Positions 10,471 through 20,261 of a DNA stretch of 64,000 nucleotides are shown piece by piece; within the stretch, counting starts at the first letter, position 1, and each line of letters starts with the position of its first letter. The position numbers and the translations under genes were made by a program. Under the pieces are notes generated by a model. That model was given only the letters and a program-made list of their open reading frames with translations. It did not search any database and was not told the origin of the DNA. The stretch spans positions 12,100 through 76,099 of the forward strand of contig CAYTMJ010000006.1 in NCBI GenBank assembly GCA_964438895.1, read 5' to 3'. Origin of the DNA: an uncultured Syntrophobacterales bacterium. GTDB lineage: Bacteria > Desulfobacterota > Binatia > UBA9968 > JAJDTQ01.

Positions 10471-11345
10471 AATATGCGTTCTACCCCGGATGTGTGGCCA
10501 AAGGCGGTTGCCCCGAACTCTACTCCGCAGCCGTAAAGGTGGCCAAGAAGCTCGACATTGAGCTTGAAGAGATGCCTGACGTCGCATGTACTGGCGCCGG
10601 TTGCATGCCGACACACCTCTCGGATCCCATTAACGCTCGGACGTTCGCCAAAGCGGAGCAGATGGGGCTACCCATAATGACCATTTGCAGCACCTGCCAG
10701 GGCGTCTTCAGCCAAGCTAACGACCGGCTTCAAGATGCCGAATACCGAGAAGAGATTAACCGCGAGTACCTAGCCGAGGAGGGGCTATCCTACAAGGGAA
10801 CTACCGACGTCAAGCACTTGCTGTGGGTGCTGTTCGAGGACTATGGAATCGAAAAGCTCAAGTCGCTGATCGAGCGCCCCCTCAACGGCCTCAAGGTATC
10901 ACCGTTCTACGGCTGCTTCCTCCGTCGCCCCGGAAACATTATGGTACCCAACGCGGACGTGGGCGGACGCCGGGGCTATCTGGAGGACCTAATCGGCATG
11001 CTGGGAGCGGAGAACGTCGACATAAGCGGCAAAACCAAGTGCTGTGGCTTCCCTATCCTTACAGCCAACGAGGAAGCCTCCCTGGGCATGGTGGCCAAGC
11101 ACACCGGCGAGTCCCGGGATAACGGGGCCGACTGCATGGTGACCCCATGTCCATTGTGTCATCTGAACCTCGACGGAAATCAGCCGAGGGCCGAGGGACA
11201 GAAAGGCGAGAAAATCGACTTGCCGATAATGCATCTGCCGCAGCTCGTTGGCCTGGCATTGGGATTCGACACTGAAGAGATGCAACTCGGACGCCATATC
11301 GTTTCGACCAAGGCTGTCAACGACAAGGTCGACATGCTCACATAG
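10467..11345 (+). CDS. HdrB/SdhE-like cysteine-rich (CCG domain) subunit
   Basis: Two CCG-type motifs (CTGAGCMPTH... and ...CCGFPILTANEE...CPLCHLN). The GTG start overlaps the upstream stop (GTGA). Confidence 0.75.
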   Translation: MKYAFYPGCVAKGGCPELYSAAVKVAKKLDIELEEMPDVACTGAGCMPTHLSDPINARTFAKAEQMGLPIMTICSTCQGVFSQANDRLQDAEYREEINREYLAEEGLSYKGTTDVKHLLWVLFEDYGIEKLKSLIERPLNGLKVSPFYGCFLRRPGNIMVPNADVGGRRGYLEDLIGMLGAENVDISGKTKCCGFPILTANEEASLGMVAKHTGESRDNGADCMVTPCPLCHLNLDGNQPRAEGQKGEKIDLPIMHLPQLVGLALGFDTEEMQLGRHIVSTKAVNDKVDMLT

Positions 11346-11349
11346 AGAA

Positions 11350-11553
11350 ATGGGCAACCAGAAAGATAAGCCCAATCCCGTCAACTTAGCCCGGGAACTC
11401 CTGAAGTTCCGGAAGGCACAGCTTCCCTTTGGCTATTACTACGCTGTCAAGGTCCGCCTCGGTCACGCCTGGATCGAGGATGAGACGGCGCTGGCGGAGA
11501 TCATGGACGGCATCAACGAATTGGGTTACGAGGTGGTCAGAAAGCGGCAGTAG
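11350..11553 (+). CDS. Small hypothetical protein (67 aa) downstream of the CCG subunit
   Basis: ATG at 11350 with a weak AGAGAA Shine-Dalgarno. No recognisable motif. The position resembles the small accessory subunits of type-E complex II. Confidence 0.3.
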   Translation: MGNQKDKPNPVNLARELLKFRKAQLPFGYYYAVKVRLGHAWIEDETALAEIMDGINELGYEVVRKRQ

Positions 11554-11565
11554 CGGCCGTCCCGA

Positions 11566-11580
11566 GGTCCCGCCGGGACC
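11566..11580 (+). terminator. Candidate hairpin GGTCCCGCCGGGACC followed by CTTTAGG, between the two complex-II clusters
   Basis: A 6-bp GC stem with a 3-nt loop directly after the small ORF's stop. The T-tract is weak. Confidence 0.2.
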
Positions 11581-11641
11581 CTTTAGGACGCCACCGTCGC
11601 CGCAAAACCCGCGCAAAGAGGAGCGCTAAGAGCACTGAATC

Positions 11642-12400
11642 ATGAGTAGCATAGCAATCGACAGCAAAAGAACTTTGCGGCAGGACCTGTGGTGGGTCGA
11701 ACCCATGCTTGTGGTACTAGGCCTGGGCTGCTTCGCCGCCTACTCGACCTGGGCCGCACTCCAAAACGGTAACTATTATGCGGCGCCATACCTTTCACCC
11801 CTCTACTCGCCGTGCCTCGCTATCAACTGCGAACACGTGACGGTATCCCTGTTCGGCTCATGGTATAATTGGTCTCCCGCAATTCTTATTCTGTGGATAC
11901 CCGGTGGATTTAGGCTAACCTGCTATTACTATCGCAAAGCCTACTATCGGTCCTTCTTCTGGTCACCGCCAGCCTGCGCCGTGAGGGACGCGGCAAAGGA
12001 ATATTCCGGCGAAACTCGCTTCCCATTCATCCTACAAAACATCCACCGATACTTCTTCTGGATGTCCTTACCAATTTTGGCATTCCTCTGGTGGGACGCC
12101 CTAATCGCCTTCAACTTCGGCGGCAGCTTCGGTGTTGGTCTGGGTACGCTGATTCTAATCGGTAACGCCACGTTGCTATCCCTCTACAGCTTTTCCTGTC
12201 ACTCGTGCCGGCACCTATGCGGTGGAGGCCTAAACAGCTTCCAGGCCGCGGCCGGACGCTACAAGCTCTGGGGCATCGTGACAAAGCTCAACGAAAAGCA
12301 CATGCAAATCGCCTGGATCAGTCTCGTGTGGGTAGGCTTGACCGACGTGTACGTCCGGCTGTTGGCTACCGGCGTCCTACAGGACTTGAGGTTTATCTGA
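11642..12400 (+). CDS. Integral membrane protein, probable membrane anchor (SdhC-like) of the downstream succinate dehydrogenase
   Basis: 252 aa with multiple hydrophobic helices. Its stop overlaps the sdhA ATG (ATGA). It resembles the single-subunit anchors of actinobacterial/Gram-positive-type Sdh operons. Confidence 0.5.
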   Translation: MSSIAIDSKRTLRQDLWWVEPMLVVLGLGCFAAYSTWAALQNGNYYAAPYLSPLYSPCLAINCEHVTVSLFGSWYNWSPAILILWIPGGFRLTCYYYRKAYYRSFFWSPPACAVRDAAKEYSGETRFPFILQNIHRYFFWMSLPILAFLWWDALIAFNFGGSFGVGLGTLILIGNATLLSLYSFSCHSCRHLCGGGLNSFQAAAGRYKLWGIVTKLNEKHMQIAWISLVWVGLTDVYVRLLATGVLQDLRFI

Positions 12401-14202
12401 TGGCCCGCGAGAGCTACGAGACGCACGCGTACGACGTGGTAGTTGTGGGAGCCGGCGGAGCGGGGTTGCGAGCGGGGATTGAGGCTCATGGAAAGGGTGC
12501 CAAGACGGCTATCATCTGCAAATCGCTGCTGGGCAAAGCGCACACTGTGATGGCCGAGGGCGGTATCGCTGCCGCCATGGGCAATGTGTGGCCCGAGGAC
12601 AACTGGAAGGTGCATTTCCGGGACACCATGCGGGGCGGCAAGCTGCTGAACAACTGGCGTATGGCACAGATCCATGCACAGCAGGCGCCGGAACGGGTAC
12701 TAGAATTGGAGGAATGGGGAGCGCTATTCGACCGCACCAACGAAGGCTTGATCTCGCAACGCGATTTCGGTGGCCATCGCTACGCCCGCTTAGCGCACGT
12801 GGGGGATCGTACCGGTCTAGAAATGATCCGTACCCTGCAGCAGCGGGCCGTGGCACTCGGCATCGACGTATATATGGAGTGCAACATCCAGCACCTATTG
12901 ATGAGTGATGGCAGGGTGAGTGGGGTTGTAGGTTACTGGCGCGAGAGCGGTGAACTAATCGTGTTCAACTGCAAGGCAGTGGTGCTAGCCACCGGGGGTT
13001 CCGGGAAGTGCTGGCAAGTGAGTTCCAACTCCTGGGAATACAGTGGAGACGGTATGGGCATGGCGATGGAGGTGGGAGCCGATCTCATCGACATGGAGAA
13101 GGTTCAGTTCCATCCCACCGGCATGGTCTGGCCTCCCAGCGTCCGTGGCATCTTAGTTACGGAGGGGGTTCGCGGTGATGGCGGGACACTACTGAACTCC
13201 GAGGGCGACCGTTTCATGTTCAATTACGTGTCGGAGTTCTTCAAGGCAGAAACCGCCGACAACGAGACTGAAGCGGATGCTTGGTACCAGGATAAGAAAA
13301 ACAACCGTCGGACCCCGGACCTGCTACCGCGAGACGAGGTAGCCCGAGCCATCAACGCAGAGGTCAAGGCCGGCCGTGGTACCGAGCACGGCGGCGTGCT
13401 GCTGGACATCGCAAATCGCCGCGATGCGGAATATATCAAGCGGCGGCTTCCTTCCATGTACCACCAGTTCAAGGAGCTAGCGGACGTCGATATTACCAAA
13501 GAAGCCATGGAGGTGGGGCCCACTTGTCACTACATAATGGGAGGGATCCGGGTAAACGCGGACACTTCCGCGACCACAGTGCCGGGGCTCTATGCCGCGG
13601 GCGAAGTGGCGGGAGGGTTGCACGGCGCCAACCGGCTCGGTGGCAACTCCCTGTCTGACCTGCTGGTGTTCGGATGTATCGCCGGTGCCTCGGCGGCGGA
13701 CCATGCCCTAGGAGTCGAGGCCGTAGCAGCGCCCGACACGGTAGAGTTGGACCGGCTCACGGGCTTCATGCTGGAACCTTTCACAGATCGTGGAAACGAG
13801 AACCCCTACGCGATTCACAGTGATCTTCAGCGCACCATGCACAACCTTGTCGGTATCATCCGCACTGAGAGTGAAATGCTGACCGCGCTGGAGGAAATTG
13901 CGGTGTACAAGGACCGGGCGGCGCACGTGAAAGTCGAAGGTGGCCGGCGTTTTAACCCCGGTTGGCACTTGGCGCTGGATTTGAGGTCACTCCTGGCGGT
14001 TGCAGAAGCTGCCACCCTTTCAGCCCTCGAGTGCAAGGAAAGTCGAGGCGGACACACCCGCGATGACTATCCCGACCCCGACCCCAAGTACGGAACCGTG
14101 AACGTGGTGACGCGTGCGCACAACGGGACCGCCTCTGTTTCCCTCGAGCCCCTACCGGCAATGCCTGAGGAGCTCAAGAAAATAGTTGAGGAGCAATTTT
14201 AA
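12400..14202 (+). CDS. sdhA: Succinate dehydrogenase/fumarate reductase flavoprotein subunit (covalent-FAD type)
   Basis: DVVVVGAGGAGLRAG Rossmann fold, AHTVMAEGG (histidine for covalent FAD), HPTG, HGANRLGGNSL. 600 aa. Confidence 0.9.
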   Translation: MARESYETHAYDVVVVGAGGAGLRAGIEAHGKGAKTAIICKSLLGKAHTVMAEGGIAAAMGNVWPEDNWKVHFRDTMRGGKLLNNWRMAQIHAQQAPERVLELEEWGALFDRTNEGLISQRDFGGHRYARLAHVGDRTGLEMIRTLQQRAVALGIDVYMECNIQHLLMSDGRVSGVVGYWRESGELIVFNCKAVVLATGGSGKCWQVSSNSWEYSGDGMGMAMEVGADLIDMEKVQFHPTGMVWPPSVRGILVTEGVRGDGGTLLNSEGDRFMFNYVSEFFKAETADNETEADAWYQDKKNNRRTPDLLPRDEVARAINAEVKAGRGTEHGGVLLDIANRRDAEYIKRRLPSMYHQFKELADVDITKEAMEVGPTCHYIMGGIRVNADTSATTVPGLYAAGEVAGGLHGANRLGGNSLSDLLVFGCIAGASAADHALGVEAVAAPDTVELDRLTGFMLEPFTDRGNENPYAIHSDLQRTMHNLVGIIRTESEMLTALEEIAVYKDRAAHVKVEGGRRFNPGWHLALDLRSLLAVAEAATLSALECKESRGGHTRDDYPDPDPKYGTVNVVTRAHNGTASVSLEPLPAMPEELKKIVEEQF

Positions 14203-14978
14203 TGCCTGAAGAAACCAATACGGTAAGCGGCGGGGAGGCAAAGATGCGCGTCTGGCGTGGCGACGCCAGCGGCGGAGAATTCAGGGACTACACCATGCCG
14301 CTCCAGGAGGGCATGGTTGTGCTAGACGTGATCCACAATATACAGGCTACGCACGCCGGTGACCTCGCCGTACGCTGGAACTGTAAGGCCGGAAAATGCG
14401 GGTCTTGCAGTGCCGAAGTCAACGGCAAACCGCGACTCATGTGCATGACTCGCATGAACACGTTCGGACCCGACGAGACCATCACCGTAGCACCCATCAA
14501 GACCTTCCCCCTGATTCGCGACCTCGTAACCGACGTATCCTACAACTACGAAAAGGCCAGAAGCATACCCCCCTTCAAGCCTAAGCCCAAGGAGGCCGAC
14601 GGAACTCGACGTATGTACCAAAAGGACGTCGACCGGGCACAAGAGTTCCACAAATGCATCGAATGTTTCCTGTGCCAGGACGTCTGTCACGTCATCCGGG
14701 ACCACAACGATAACAAGCCGAACTTCGCCGGACCGCGTTTTTTCGTTCGGGTAGCAGGTCTTGAGATGCACCCACTGGACACCGACGACCGTCTGGAGTT
14801 CCTGCGTAATGAAGCCGGGCTAGGCTTCTGCAACATCACCAAGTGCTGCACCGACGTTTGCCCGGAGAACATCAAGATCACCGATAACTCAATTATCCCC
14901 ATGAAAGAACGGGTGGTGACGCGGTTCTACGACCCAATCGCGCGGCTACTCGGGGCACTGGGCGGGAAGCGGTCCTGA
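14202..14978 (+). CDS. sdhB: Succinate dehydrogenase iron-sulfur subunit
   Basis: CKAGKCGSCSAEVNG (2Fe-2S), CIECFLCQDVC and CTDVCP (4Fe-4S and 3Fe-4S). The TAATG overlap with sdhA indicates coupling. Confidence 0.9.
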   Translation: MPEETNTVSGGEAKMRVWRGDASGGEFRDYTMPLQEGMVVLDVIHNIQATHAGDLAVRWNCKAGKCGSCSAEVNGKPRLMCMTRMNTFGPDETITVAPIKTFPLIRDLVTDVSYNYEKARSIPPFKPKPKEADGTRRMYQKDVDRAQEFHKCIECFLCQDVCHVIRDHNDNKPNFAGPRFFVRVAGLEMHPLDTDDRLEFLRNEAGLGFCNITKCCTDVCPENIKITDNSIIPMKERVVTRFYDPIARLLGALGGKRS

Positions 14979-15020
14979 CCCTAGCTTTTCGTTGGACAAA
15001 GCAGACAGTCCGTCCCACAC

Positions 15021-15797
15021 ATGGAACTATCGGAACGAGTAGCCCTGATCACGGGGGGCGGCACCGGAATCGGCAAGGCTGTGGCGTGGGCCATGGCGGC
15101 AGAGGGTGCCCGCGTCGTCATCGCCGCGCGCAACAAAACGCGACTAGAAACCGTAGCGGCAGAAATGCAGGCAGTGGGTCATTCTGTATTGTCCGTCCCG
15201 GTAGACGTCACGGACAGAAACTGTATTCGCGATTGCATCAGCAGAGTCCGGGAACATTGGGGCCACATCCACATCCTAGTGAACAACTCCGGAACATCAG
15301 GGATTACGTCCATGGATGACCCGGACGACGATCTGTGGCATACCATCGTCAATACCAATCTTACCGGTGTCTACTTATTGACTAAGGAAGTGCTAGGTAT
15401 CATGAGCGACGATGGTCGTGGTCGAATCATAAACATGTCCTCGGTACTGGGCAAGTTCGGCGTTCCCGGTTATGCCGCTTACTGCGCCAGCAAGCACGGA
15501 CTCATCGGATTCACCCGAGCGCTGGCACTCGAATTGGCCTCGCGGAGCATTACCGTAAACGCCCTATGTCCCGGTTGGGTGGACACAGAAATGTCCCGCG
15601 CCGGTATCGACCAGATTGCCGCGCAGCAGGGGACCGATCCTGAGTCCTTCAAACAGCAGGCGCTCGCTTCAGTGCCAATCCGACGGTTTCTCGAACCGGA
15701 AGAGATTGCCCGGTTCGCGGTGTACTTAGCGTCCGACAAGGCATCTGGCATCAACGGACAAGCCCTCAACATCTGCGGTGGGCAGACAATGGTGTAA
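15021..15797 (+). CDS. SDR-family NAD(P)-dependent oxidoreductase (FabG-like)
   Basis: TGGGTGIGKA cofactor motif, NNSG, YxxxK (YCASK). Confidence 0.85.
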   Translation: MELSERVALITGGGTGIGKAVAWAMAAEGARVVIAARNKTRLETVAAEMQAVGHSVLSVPVDVTDRNCIRDCISRVREHWGHIHILVNNSGTSGITSMDDPDDDLWHTIVNTNLTGVYLLTKEVLGIMSDDGRGRIINMSSVLGKFGVPGYAAYCASKHGLIGFTRALALELASRSITVNALCPGWVDTEMSRAGIDQIAAQQGTDPESFKQQALASVPIRRFLEPEEIARFAVYLASDKASGINGQALNICGGQTMV

Positions 15798-15800
15798 CCC

Positions 15801-16631
15801 ATGACGATTCCTGACCTCGAAGCTATAGCCAAGGAAATTAGAGTCGACGTAATCCGCATGCTAGTGGAGGCAGGTTCCGGACACCCCGGTGGATCACTAT
15901 CGTGCACAGACATGGTGACGGCGCTGTACTTTCACGAGATGAATCACCGTTCAGATCAGCCAAACTGGACCGATCGCGACCGTTTCGTGCTCTCAAAGGG
16001 CCATTGCGTGCCCACAGTGTACGCCGCCCTCGCTAGGGCCGGCTACTTCCCGCCAGAGGAACTGCTTAGCCTGAGAAAACTCAACAGTCGGATACAGGGA
16101 CACCCCGACCGCCATCGCTTCCCATACGTAGAGGCCTCTACCGGCTCCCTTGGACAAGGGTTGTCAGTGGCACTGGGAATGGCACTATCGGGTAAGGTTA
16201 GCGACCAGGGATTCCGTGTATACTGCGTCATCAGCGATGGTGAATGTCAGGCCGGCCAGATCTGGGAGGCAGCCATGGCCGCACCTAGATTCCAGCTCGA
16301 CAACCTCTGCGTACTAATGGACTACAATCATATACAGTTGAGCGGCGAGGTGGACGAAATTATGAGCCTGGAACCACTGCTAGACAAGTGGCGCGCCTTC
16401 AACTGGAACACCCTGGAGATCAACGGTCACGACTTTTCCGCCATTCTCGACGCGCTAAAGATAGCAAAAGAACATCGCGGCGGCCCCACTATGATTGTTT
16501 GCCAGACCGTTAAGGGTAAGGGAGTCAGCTTTATGGAGAATCGCTGGGAGTGGCACGGGAAAGCCCCCAGCCGCGAAGAAGGCGACCTAGCGATTTCCGA
16601 GATTGTCAACGGTGCACCGCCAACCTCCTAA
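15801..16631 (+). CDS. Transketolase, N-terminal (TPP-binding) subunit of a split transketolase
   Basis: GHPGGSLS, DRDRFVLSKGH and GDGE...E motifs of the transketolase PP domain. 276 aa. Confidence 0.85.
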   Translation: MTIPDLEAIAKEIRVDVIRMLVEAGSGHPGGSLSCTDMVTALYFHEMNHRSDQPNWTDRDRFVLSKGHCVPTVYAALARAGYFPPEELLSLRKLNSRIQGHPDRHRFPYVEASTGSLGQGLSVALGMALSGKVSDQGFRVYCVISDGECQAGQIWEAAMAAPRFQLDNLCVLMDYNHIQLSGEVDEIMSLEPLLDKWRAFNWNTLEINGHDFSAILDALKIAKEHRGGPTMIVCQTVKGKGVSFMENRWEWHGKAPSREEGDLAISEIVNGAPPTS

Positions 16632-16648
16632 GCGAAAGGAAACAGTAC

Positions 16649-17572
16649 ATGAGCGCAATTGCGACACGTGTGACCTTTGGCGAGACCGTTGCCCGACTTG
16701 CCAACACCAATCGGGACATCGTTGTGCTCGACGCAGACCTCCGAAAATCCACCATGACGGATGAGTTTTCTCGTAAGCACCCCGACCGGTTTTTTGACGT
16801 AGGCATCGCCGAGGGCAACATGGTAGGTGTAGGCGCCGGCATGGCCCTAACTGGCAAGATCCCTTTCATCTGCAGCTTCGCATGCTTCGTAGTCGGCCGC
16901 TTTGAGCAGATTCGCATGGCAGTGGCGTACAACCGTGCTAACGTAAAGATTGTCGGAACCCATTCCGGCATTGGAATTGGGGAAGATGGTTACAGCCAGA
17001 TGGCGACCGAAGACATCGGCCTCATGCGTACCCTACCCAACATCGCCGTAGTACAGCCCGCTGACCCCGTCGAGACCCGTGGTGCGGTGGAATATATCAC
17101 CCAACACGACGGTCCGGTGTTCCTCCGTCTCACCCGCCAGAAGGTGATCGACGTCAATGACCAGACCTATGAGTTTCAGTTTGGCAAAGCCGTGGTGTTG
17201 CGAGAGGGCTCAGACGTGTCACTCCTGGGAACCGGTGCCGTGATGGAGAACGTCCTAAAAGCTGCCGACCAACTGGTCTCCCAAGGCATCAGTGTGCAGG
17301 TGGCCAACATTCACACTATCAAACCCCTCGATACCGAATTCATCGAGTCGATTGCTACGAGCCACGGCAGGATAGTGACCGTCGAGGACCACGGTATCTC
17401 CGGTGGCCTCGGCAGCGCCGTGGCCGAAACCGTGGCCGAACTTGGACTCGGTCGGGTTCGTCGCGTCGGCGTCACTGACTTTGCTGAATCGGGAGACACT
17501 GAGGGACTTTACGAGAAGTACGGACTATCCTCTAAACGCATCAGTGCGGCGGCAATGGATTTGATGAAGTAG
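16649..17572 (+). CDS. Transketolase, C-terminal (pyrimidine-binding) subunit
   Basis: ATG at 16649 after a GAAAGGAAAC Shine-Dalgarno. FGIAEGNMVG motif and the C-terminal domain of the split transketolase. Confidence 0.85.
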   Translation: MSAIATRVTFGETVARLANTNRDIVVLDADLRKSTMTDEFSRKHPDRFFDVGIAEGNMVGVGAGMALTGKIPFICSFACFVVGRFEQIRMAVAYNRANVKIVGTHSGIGIGEDGYSQMATEDIGLMRTLPNIAVVQPADPVETRGAVEYITQHDGPVFLRLTRQKVIDVNDQTYEFQFGKAVVLREGSDVSLLGTGAVMENVLKAADQLVSQGISVQVANIHTIKPLDTEFIESIATSHGRIVTVEDHGISGGLGSAVAETVAELGLGRVRRVGVTDFAESGDTEGLYEKYGLSSKRISAAAMDLMK

Positions 17573-17982
17573 GTCCTACCGCCCAACGGATTCCCCCGAC
17601 AAAAAACCGGCCAAGTAGGTGGGCCGCTAGCGACAAACTGCTCTCGTCGCCCGTTCTTAGAACACAACGACACCGAAGGCATCGAGCTCAGTGTCACCAC
17701 CCAGAGTCACGTCCTTGACGGAATCTTCCAACAGCCCGAAAGGCAGCTCTGACGGAGTCGCGCTCAACTCGAATCGTTCCTAGTCTCCATTTCCGTTCTG
17801 CCTGGCCGTGTCCCGGGAAATTCAAAACGAAAATCGCTCATGAGGTTGATGAAGAGTTCTAGGGCCAGCCTAGAATAGCTACGTAAAACAATAAAGTCGT
17901 GCGTTCAGCTCGTTGTCTGACCAGGAGTTTTTCGCGAACATTTGGACACGAACATCCCCTCCCCCCAATCGATCAACTCGGC

Positions 17983-18495
17983 TCAATTGCCCTCAGGGGC
18001 GCCAGCATCAGGTCCCCTAGCGCTAGCAGCGTTCTCACCGTCAGAGGTCCCTACCTCCGGCACCACCCGAACCTTGATGCTAGGCATCACTTCCGGCCGT
18101 AGTCGAATGGGCACTTCATAGTCCCCTACGGCCTTGATGGGAAGCTCCAGAACGATTCTGCGGCGCTCCACTTCGAAACCCTGCTCCTTCAACGCCTTCT
18201 CGATGTCAAGGTTAGTGATGGAACCGAAAAGCCGCCCCTCCTCGCCAACCTTCACAGCGAATTCGAGAGACACTCCGGCAAGCTTCTCCCCGACACCCTG
18301 GGCGTCCTTGGTGAGACGGTCCCGTCGCTGAGCGATCATACGCTGCTCGTGTTCCAGAGCCTTGAGGTTCTTCTTATTAGCCAACACCGCCAGTCCACGG
18401 GGCAACAGATAGTTTCTCGCGTAACCGTCCTTGACCTTGACCACGTCGCCCATGTGCCCCAGGTTATCAATGTCTTCCCTTAAAACAACTTCCAT
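17983..18495 (-). CDS. rplI: 50S ribosomal protein L9
   Basis: MEVVLREDIDNLGHMGDVVKVKDGYARNYLLPRGLA... is the canonical L9 N-terminus. Confidence 0.9.
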   Translation of the reverse strand: MEVVLREDIDNLGHMGDVVKVKDGYARNYLLPRGLAVLANKKNLKALEHEQRMIAQRRDRLTKDAQGVGEKLAGVSLEFAVKVGEEGRLFGSITNLDIEKALKEQGFEVERRRIVLELPIKAVGDYEVPIRLRPEVMPSIKVRVVPEVGTSDGENAASARGPDAGAPEGN

Positions 18496-18510
18496 CGACT
18501 CTCCTTCAGG

Positions 18511-19449
18511 TCAGCCTGCAGTTCGCCGCTTGAGGCGACGGAAGTCGCCCCAAAGATCGAAGAACCCTAGGCCGACAACCAGCACCGTGAGAATTTGCTC
18601 AAATACGATGAGCAGATATCCCAGAATGCGGAAAAACACCGGGACCTTCTTATGATCAAAATAATACGCCACAATGGCCAGTCCGTGGAAAAAATAAAAC
18701 ACCGCGCACACGAAGACCACGTTGACCACCACAGTACGCAACAGCCAACCGAGAGGTAGGAAAAGTGCCAGACTCGGCACCAGCATGAACCACACCATAT
18801 GATCGGGAGATTTCCACTCCTTCAGATCTTCGCTCTCAAAGAAAAACGCACGGTACTGTGGGAACTGCCACGACAGCAGAGCCAAATTCACAAGCACCGT
18901 GACCCCCACGCCCAGAAATATCATGCCGGGCAGCATCTGCACAAAGAATGTTGCCATCTGTCCTGCATGTTCACCGAGAAACTCAATGGTCTCGCTCGGC
19001 AGCCCCATTCGCTCGTACATTTCCAGGGTCATGCGAACCTGGGCGTGAACCCCAGCGTGCAGCATAGTCCACAGCGCCGAGAACGATCCTGTCCATACCC
19101 ATGCGGACATTAAGATGGCTGCCAACGTACCGGCAGCACTAACGCTCACAACCGTGGCGATGGACCATCCCCGCCCAAAAGACCCAACCAAGAAGAATAT
19201 CACTAGAACGAACACCACGCACAATGTGGCAACCTCTAGCCCAACTAAAACATAGACGCACACGGTAGCAATCAGGGGCAGCAGTTGCCCTGCATGTTTG
19301 TCTACCCGAACACTCACAAACAGACCTGGAAATATCACGAGAGGAAGCACAAATAGCCCAATGATCGGCAACCAAAGACCTACAAACAACAATAGAAGGG
19401 TAGCGGCCAAGCCAAGGCCGACTCCCCTGAGCGTCTCAAGCTGTTTCAT
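18511..19449 (-). CDS. Polytopic membrane protein, likely DUF2232/YybS-like, judged from its position between rpsR and rplI
   Basis: Highly hydrophobic product. The syntenic position matches yybS in Firmicutes. ATG at 19449 (the track's TTG at 19470 is less likely). Confidence 0.45.
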   Translation of the reverse strand: MKQLETLRGVGLGLAATLLLLFVGLWLPIIGLFVLPLVIFPGLFVSVRVDKHAGQLLPLIATVCVYVLVGLEVATLCVVFVLVIFFLVGSFGRGWSIATVVSVSAAGTLAAILMSAWVWTGSFSALWTMLHAGVHAQVRMTLEMYERMGLPSETIEFLGEHAGQMATFFVQMLPGMIFLGVGVTVLVNLALLSWQFPQYRAFFFESEDLKEWKSPDHMVWFMLVPSLALFLPLGWLLRTVVVNVVFVCAVFYFFHGLAIVAYYFDHKKVPVFFRILGYLLIVFEQILTVLVVGLGFFDLWGDFRRLKRRTAG

Positions 19450-19479
19450 AGACCGATCCGTGGGCGGCAAGACGTCGGA

Positions 19480-19761
19480 TCAGAGTTTGACGGTGGTATA
19501 AGGAAGCAACGCTACCAGACGCGCCCGTTTGATCGCCTTGGATAAGCGCCGTTGACACCAGCAACAGGTCCCAGTGATGCGGCTCGGCGTGATCTTTCCT
19601 CGCTCCGTCATAAATCCGGTGAGGAGCTTGGTATCCTTATAGTCGAAGCGGAGGTCTTTGTTGGCGCAGAAGCGACACACCTTCCGGCGCGTTATGCCAC
19701 CACGCCTTCGAGGTGGCGAATCGTGATCGTCTGTACCTCTTCTACCGCGATATTCTGCCAT
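19480..19761 (-). CDS. rpsR: 30S ribosomal protein S18
   Basis: ...[11 protein letters not shown]...LKRFISERGKI-like motifs ([13 protein letters not shown]). Shine-Dalgarno AGGAAAAG. Confidence 0.9.
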   Translation of the reverse strand: MAEYRGRRGTDDHDSPPRRRGGITRRKVCRFCANKDLRFDYKDTKLLTGFMTERGKITPSRITGTCCWCQRRLSKAIKRARLVALLPYTTVKL

Positions 19762-19824
19762 CTTTTCCTAGCCGTCCCGATGGTCCGAACGTAGGGTTCT
19801 CGGACCGTACTCCAGAAAGAGCCA

Positions 19825-20211
19825 TTACGCTTTCTGGCCATCCTCAGCAGATTCCGGCGGCGCAGCTTCCCCTGCCTCTACAGCAGCAGATTCCGGCGGG
19901 GCTAACGGTAATACGTCATCATCCAAAACCACGGTCATGCACCGCATGACCTCGTCACTCAAACGCATCACTCGCTCTAGTTCTTCGCTAGCACCTGCCG
20001 AGACCTTGTACTGAATAAGGTTGTAGAAACCCTTACCTTGCTTCTCTATAGGGTATGCTAAATCTCTTATTCCCCACTCCTCAAAGTGAGTGATGGTCGC
20101 ACCCTGCCCTTCGAGAACCCCACGGAACCTATCGCACAACTCCTGGTTTTTGCCACTGTGAACCGGGTGGACAATAAACAGTGTTTCGTAATGGGTCGTA
20201 TCTTCAGCCAT
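19825..20211 (-). CDS. rpsF: 30S ribosomal protein S6
   Basis: YETLFIVHP... is the S6 N-terminus. Acidic C-terminal tail. No ssb gene lies between rpsF and rpsR. Confidence 0.85.
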   Translation of the reverse strand: MAEDTTHYETLFIVHPVHSGKNQELCDRFRGVLEGQGATITHFEEWGIRDLAYPIEKQGKGFYNLIQYKVSAGASEELERVMRLSDEVMRCMTVVLDDDVLPLAPPESAAVEAGEAAPPESAEDGQKA

Positions 20212-20261
20212 CTTCGTCGAGTGTACCTAACATAGGGGCTCTCTCTTTACAACCTACCGCA

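Noticed and set aside
12259-12856. Several overlapping 100-140-aa ORFs on the minus strand
   Set aside because: They are antisense to sdhA and the membrane-anchor gene. I judge them to be GC-driven artefacts.
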